In this document: piece by piece, positions 6,368 through 10,066 of the stretch
Layout: each line of letters opens with the position of its first letter
Numbering within the stretch: the stretch's first letter is position 1
From: Candidatus Thorarchaeota archaeon
Lineage (GTDB): Archaea > Asgardarchaeota > Thorarchaeia > Thorarchaeales > Thorarchaeaceae
Length of the DNA stretch: 10,066 nt
Direction: 5' to 3'
NCBI GenBank assembly: GCA_003345595.1
Contig: PRDI01000118.1
Location: 1-10,066, forward strand
Translations under genes and position numbers: made by a program
The notes under the pieces: generated by a model
What the model saw: only the letters and a program-made list of their open reading frames with translations
Told to the model about the DNA's origin: nothing
The model's database searches: none

Positions 6368-7744
6368 ATGGCCATGCCTAGCATGCAGGACGACACGATT
6401 ATCGAAGCGAAACTGTCGCCCTCCGCCAAGGCTGTTCTCGAAGTTGTGCATGAGATTGAGGACGGTCAAGATGCTAAAGTCTTCCAAGACGGTCCTGACA
6501 CCGATCATCTGAGGACAATGACGAAGACGTTTCGTGGGAGCATGTACTCAGCTCTCACGAAGCGACTGGCAGAAGTAATCGATATGGGTGGCGTGTCAAT
6601 AATAACGCAGTCTGATCTCATGTCTTTAGCTATCGATCTGTGGAATCGGAATGCTTCCCGATTGAGCGAAACTGAGGTCGCAGTGATAAAGGGTGCAACC
6701 GAATCACCTGGCTTAGCTCTGAATGAGCTTGCGTTGAAAGTAGGGCTGAGCTACCCTCAGGCGAGACGGGCGCACCAAAGACTCCGCGAATGCGGTATAT
6801 TCCGGGTGCTAGGGTCCCTGAATCTTGATTCAATGGGTCTTGAGAGGGTCCTCTTGGTCATGAAATCCCCCCAGCTAGTCCTGAGTGGACCCTATATAGA
6901 GAAGACGCTCTTTGTTGACGGGTCTTCTCCCACAGCGTATCTTGTGGCAGTCGTCGCCCGCGAACAGACCGCCAATCTTCTCCATCTTGTCAAATCGCTA
7001 AGGAGTGCTGCAGAGAGCATCTTCGTGTGGCGTCTGTCTGCAGGTAAGCTAGGCTTCTCGGACCTGTACCTCAACGCAAGAACAAGCTCGTGGGAACCTG
7101 ATCTCATCCACTTTCGGCTCATGCTTCGAGGCGGAGGGTCGCCCATTGTCCTAGGGGACTCTGCACTGTCGCTGCAACCAAGAGTGAGTTACACCCCTGC
7201 CGATCTCACAATCATTGACCAGTTACGTGACAACTTCATGAAGACCGCAAACGAGATTGTCGTTTCGACTGGACTCTCTGAAAGCACAGCCTTTCGGAAG
7301 CGACAGCAGATCCTGAACAGCGGAATCATCCTCCCTCGACCACGAGTACAAGTGCCTACTCTGTGTGAGCGTGTCATAGTGATACTGCCTCCGGATCTTG
7401 CAGGTGATGTGCTCCCAGCATGGTCTATGCTTCCAGTCACATACGTTTCGAGGGTGTGCAGCATCGAGGATGCTTCGCAGGAGCGTGTCCTACTGCTTGC
7501 TGCTGTCCCCAGAGGGGTCGGCAGAGTAGTGGTCGGGGTGCTGAGCTCTGAGCTCAGTCACGTAGAAGATCATTCAGCACATGTCGTTTCGAGTGGCTCC
7601 GAGGGCTTTGTTTCGATGGCATCGATGTTTGATCGCAGGTCCGGGACTTGGAAATGGAGTCGCGGTGACTTCTTCGACGTGCGGCCATACAGTATCGTGC
7701 GTCGTGAAGTCGATGATGTGTCATTGCCCATAGACTTGGCTTGA
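6368..7744 (+). CDS. Uncharacterised protein with two tandem Lrp/AsnC-like winged-helix units
   Basis: HTH-like segment at about aa 99-146 (LSETEVAVI...LNELALKVGLSYPQARRAHQRLRECGIF), followed by LNLDSMGL as in the Lrp linker. A second at about aa 275-322 (YTPADLTIIDQL...TANEIVVSTGLSESTAFRKRQQILNSGII). The exact start (6368, 6374 or 6383) is uncertain. Confidence 0.7.
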   Translation: MAMPSMQDDTIIEAKLSPSAKAVLEVVHEIEDGQDAKVFQDGPDTDHLRTMTKTFRGSMYSALTKRLAEVIDMGGVSIITQSDLMSLAIDLWNRNASRLSETEVAVIKGATESPGLALNELALKVGLSYPQARRAHQRLRECGIFRVLGSLNLDSMGLERVLLVMKSPQLVLSGPYIEKTLFVDGSSPTAYLVAVVAREQTANLLHLVKSLRSAAESIFVWRLSAGKLGFSDLYLNARTSSWEPDLIHFRLMLRGGGSPIVLGDSALSLQPRVSYTPADLTIIDQLRDNFMKTANEIVVSTGLSESTAFRKRQQILNSGIILPRPRVQVPTLCERVIVILPPDLAGDVLPAWSMLPVTYVSRVCSIEDASQERVLLLAAVPRGVGRVVVGVLSSELSHVEDHSAHVVSSGSEGFVSMASMFDRRSGTWKWSRGDFFDVRPYSIVRREVDDVSLPIDLA

Positions 7745-7805
7745 ATCACGTCGAGGCACAAGCAATATCTGCGACCCGATGGGCAGTTGTATACAAGGCG
7801 CTCCC

Positions 7806-8744
7806 ATGCTGGATGTGATCTTCCTAGGAACTGGCGGTTCGATGCCTACCGAGGGTAGGAACCTGCCAGCCATTGCGGTACAGTGCGGTGGCTCGGTTCT
7901 TCTCTTCGACGCTGGGGAAGACATCCAGAGACAACTTGGTAGAGCCGGCATAGGTGTGAACAACAGGCTTTCGGTCTTCATCACACACATGCATGCTGAT
8001 CATGTGCTTGGACTTCCCGGGCTACTTCTCAGGTTTTCACTGTTGGGGCGCACAAGGCCTCTCGCGATATACGGTCCCGAGGGTCTCATTGAGTATGTCA
8101 GAGTCAATCAGCAGACAATTCATCTTGGTACTTCATTCGAGTCCGTGGTCTACAAGATTGAGAAAGGTCCAGTCTTCCACTCTGAACATATAACTGTCAG
8201 CGCCTTTGAGGTGGACCACAGGGTGGTTGCCTTTGGGTATGAGATCGTGTACCAGCGGCCCACTGGGACATTTCTTCCAGACAGAGCACTAGAGCTTGAT
8301 GTCCCAAGAGGGCCTCTCTGGAGGGCACTGGCATCAGGAGAAGATGTGAAGCTTCAGGACGGACGAACGGTGTCGCCCTCTGATGTGACTACTGCCAAAC
8401 CACCTGGCTTGAAGATTGTGTACTCGGGAGACACTCGCCCCTGTCGAGCTCTCAGTGAGGCGGCAACGGGCGCAGACCTACTAATCTGTGAGGCTATGTA
8501 CACATCAGAGGACTCACAAATGGCAACCGAGAGAGGTCACATGACTGCCGCAGGGGCAGCACGAATTGCACTGGAATCAAGAGCCCATATGTTGGCACTA
8601 ACTCACTACAGCCCGAGATATGGTGACGGGTCGCCGATTCTTGCTGAGGCACGTGGTATCTTTCCTGAAACTGTCTTGGCCCGAGACCTGATGAGGATTG
8701 AACTTGGCAACTCAGAAGGCCCAAAGGTAACCAGCGGTGAATGA
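7806..8744 (+). CDS. rnz: Ribonuclease Z (short form, tRNA 3' endonuclease)
   Basis: Probable start MLDVIFLGTGGSMP at 7806. Motifs PxxxRN, LFDAGE, HMHADH metallo-beta-lactamase motif, GP-type exosite (VPRGPLW), YSGDT and LTHYSPRY. Confidence 0.95.
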   Translation: MLDVIFLGTGGSMPTEGRNLPAIAVQCGGSVLLFDAGEDIQRQLGRAGIGVNNRLSVFITHMHADHVLGLPGLLLRFSLLGRTRPLAIYGPEGLIEYVRVNQQTIHLGTSFESVVYKIEKGPVFHSEHITVSAFEVDHRVVAFGYEIVYQRPTGTFLPDRALELDVPRGPLWRALASGEDVKLQDGRTVSPSDVTTAKPPGLKIVYSGDTRPCRALSEAATGADLLICEAMYTSEDSQMATERGHMTAAGAARIALESRAHMLALTHYSPRYGDGSPILAEARGIFPETVLARDLMRIELGNSEGPKVTSGE

Positions 8745-8756
8745 TACTCCTCCCTT

Positions 8757-9962
8757 TCACCCCAACCCTATCTTGATGGCCTGCAGTGGGTGATGTATGA
8801 GCATCTGTTTCAGCAAGCGGTTCTTCACAGACTGTGGAGGCTTGGCACCGATAACCAAGTCGACGATCAGGTCACGTACTATCTGGTCAGCAGCGGCGAC
8901 GTTGCACACAGTCTCTAGTGTCCTCTTTGACCCATAGAGTTTCTCGGCAACGAACCTCAACACATCGAATTCGGGTTTCAGCAAATTCCATATCTTCTGT
9001 TCGTACGTGAGTATGAGTTTCAGACTGCGAGTCTTGACAGTTTCTACTGCCGTGTCAGCTGCCAACAGCCCTGAACTGACTCCGTAGAATATCCCTTCTC
9101 CCGTGATAGGCGACGCCAGACCAGCAGCGTCTCCCACGAGCATTGTCCTAGGGGTGACCAGTTTCCAGCGGGGCGGACCCAGCGGCACTCTGTGCACATT
9201 CGTTCTTGGCAGGCTGATTTCGACTCCGGCGTCTGCCTCAAGTCTTCCAATGAACCTAGTCCACTCTCTCCTCAGATCTGTAAGTCTGTCCATCCTGCAT
9301 CCGACCCCGATGCTGATATTGTTTCTCTTGGGAAAGCACCATGCATAGCCCCAGCTTGTTGCGCCGAAGTAGATGTGCATTGCAGGCTCATTGCCCTCTT
9401 CTGGAATCATTGTAATCCTCTGGATCTCAGATGGGTCCATGGGCACATCTGCTGAGATGCAAAGACCAACTCTGTCAGATGGCCAACTATGGCGGATACC
9501 GGTCGCGCGGGCAACAATGCTATTCACACCATCTGCCCCGATGAGGATGTGTGACCTGTGGGAGTCACCTAGACAGAGGACACGCATTGCATCTCTTGTT
9601 CGCTCTATGCCAACAACCTGCGCATCTTGAACCACTTCTACACCTGCGTCCTCGGCCATGTGAAGCAAGTAGTGGTCAAACCTTGATCTAGTGACCATGT
9701 TAACAGTAAGCCCTCTTCGCGCTACTGCAAAGCCCCGACCTGAAGGCGTATGGATACCGATAGCACGGATGTCACGGTCAACGACAGGTGCGATGTCAAA
9801 GTCTAGAGTCTGCGACACACGAGGGCTGAGAGCCCCACCACAGGGCTTCTGTCTGGGGTATACCGACCTGTCAAGGAGCAAGACATCCAAACCCCCGAGA
9901 GCGGCTCTTCTCGCGCAGGTTGCTCCTGCGGGTCCTCCTCCAACTACTATCAGGTCATACAT
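8757..9962 (-). CDS. Geranylgeranyl reductase family FAD-dependent oxidoreductase (DGGGPL reductase-like)
   Basis: Motifs YDLIVVGGGPAG, PRQKPCGGAL, IGADG, GYAWCFPK (YxWxFP) and LVGDAAGLASPITGEGI. GTGAGGA lies upstream on the minus strand. Confidence 0.92.
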   Translation of the reverse strand: MYDLIVVGGGPAGATCARRAALGGLDVLLLDRSVYPRQKPCGGALSPRVSQTLDFDIAPVVDRDIRAIGIHTPSGRGFAVARRGLTVNMVTRSRFDHYLLHMAEDAGVEVVQDAQVVGIERTRDAMRVLCLGDSHRSHILIGADGVNSIVARATGIRHSWPSDRVGLCISADVPMDPSEIQRITMIPEEGNEPAMHIYFGATSWGYAWCFPKRNNISIGVGCRMDRLTDLRREWTRFIGRLEADAGVEISLPRTNVHRVPLGPPRWKLVTPRTMLVGDAAGLASPITGEGIFYGVSSGLLAADTAVETVKTRSLKLILTYEQKIWNLLKPEFDVLRFVAEKLYGSKRTLETVCNVAAADQIVRDLIVDLVIGAKPPQSVKNRLLKQMLIHHPLQAIKIGLG

Positions 9963-9980
9963 CTCATTTCCTCACAGATT

Positions 9981-10020
9981 CGATGAGTTTCCTCATCGCC
10001 AACATCAATAAATCGATGTT
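9981..10020. repeat. Two adjacent inverted repeats upstream of the GGR gene; the second encloses a minus-strand TATA-like TTTATT
   Basis: CGATGAG-tttc-CTCATCG (9981-9998, perfect 7-bp arms) and AACATC-aataaatc-GATGTT (10001-10020, perfect 6-bp arms). The repeats are directly visible; their function is inferred. Confidence 0.6.
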
Positions 10021-10066
10021 CATGGACTACTAGTGCGGCGTCAAGAGTGTCATCAGGCAATAGGGC

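Noticed and set aside
7779-7805. Upstream ATG for RNase Z
   Set aside because: Family homology begins at MLDVIFLGTG (7806); the extra nine codons have no support.
9965-10056. Minus-strand CTGATGA followed downstream by GAAA, suggesting a hammerhead ribozyme core or a C/D-box RNA
   Set aside because: Stem II cannot be formed properly next to either GAAA, no stems I and III are evident, and it is not an RUGAUGA box C with a matching box D.
1-10066. Mobile element, CRISPR array, defence island, tRNA or rRNA
   Set aside because: No transposase, integrase or cas genes, no regularly spaced repeats, and the intergenic gaps (about 100 bp or less) show no cloverleaf or T-loop consensus.

Overview
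Gene-dense archaeal chromosomal window, most likely from an Asgard archaeon (Thorarchaeota-like). This is inferred from a two-domain gelsolin together with archaeal-type TrmB, RdgB, RNase Z, a geranylgeranyl reductase and GGTGA/GAGGA ribosome-binding motifs. Ten CDSs fill almost the whole window. In order: a 5'-truncated, apparently ATPase-dead MCM-like protein (+); a two-domain gelsolin (-); a + strand run of Fpg/Nei glycosylase, M20 ArgE/DapE-family hydrolase, LLM-class (probably F420-dependent) oxidoreductase, RdgB, TrmB regulator, tandem Lrp/AsnC-like wHTH protein and RNase Z; and a convergent geranylgeranyl reductase (-). I saw no rRNA, tRNA, CRISPR array or mobile element. The best candidate for something new is the first ORF. 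It keeps MCM scaffold features in the correct order (WxxExG...CID spacing, AAA lid, C-terminal winged helix) but appears to have lost Walker A, the Walker B glutamate, the arginine finger and the presensor-1 hairpin. All family assignments are by eye from remembered motifs; no database search was run.
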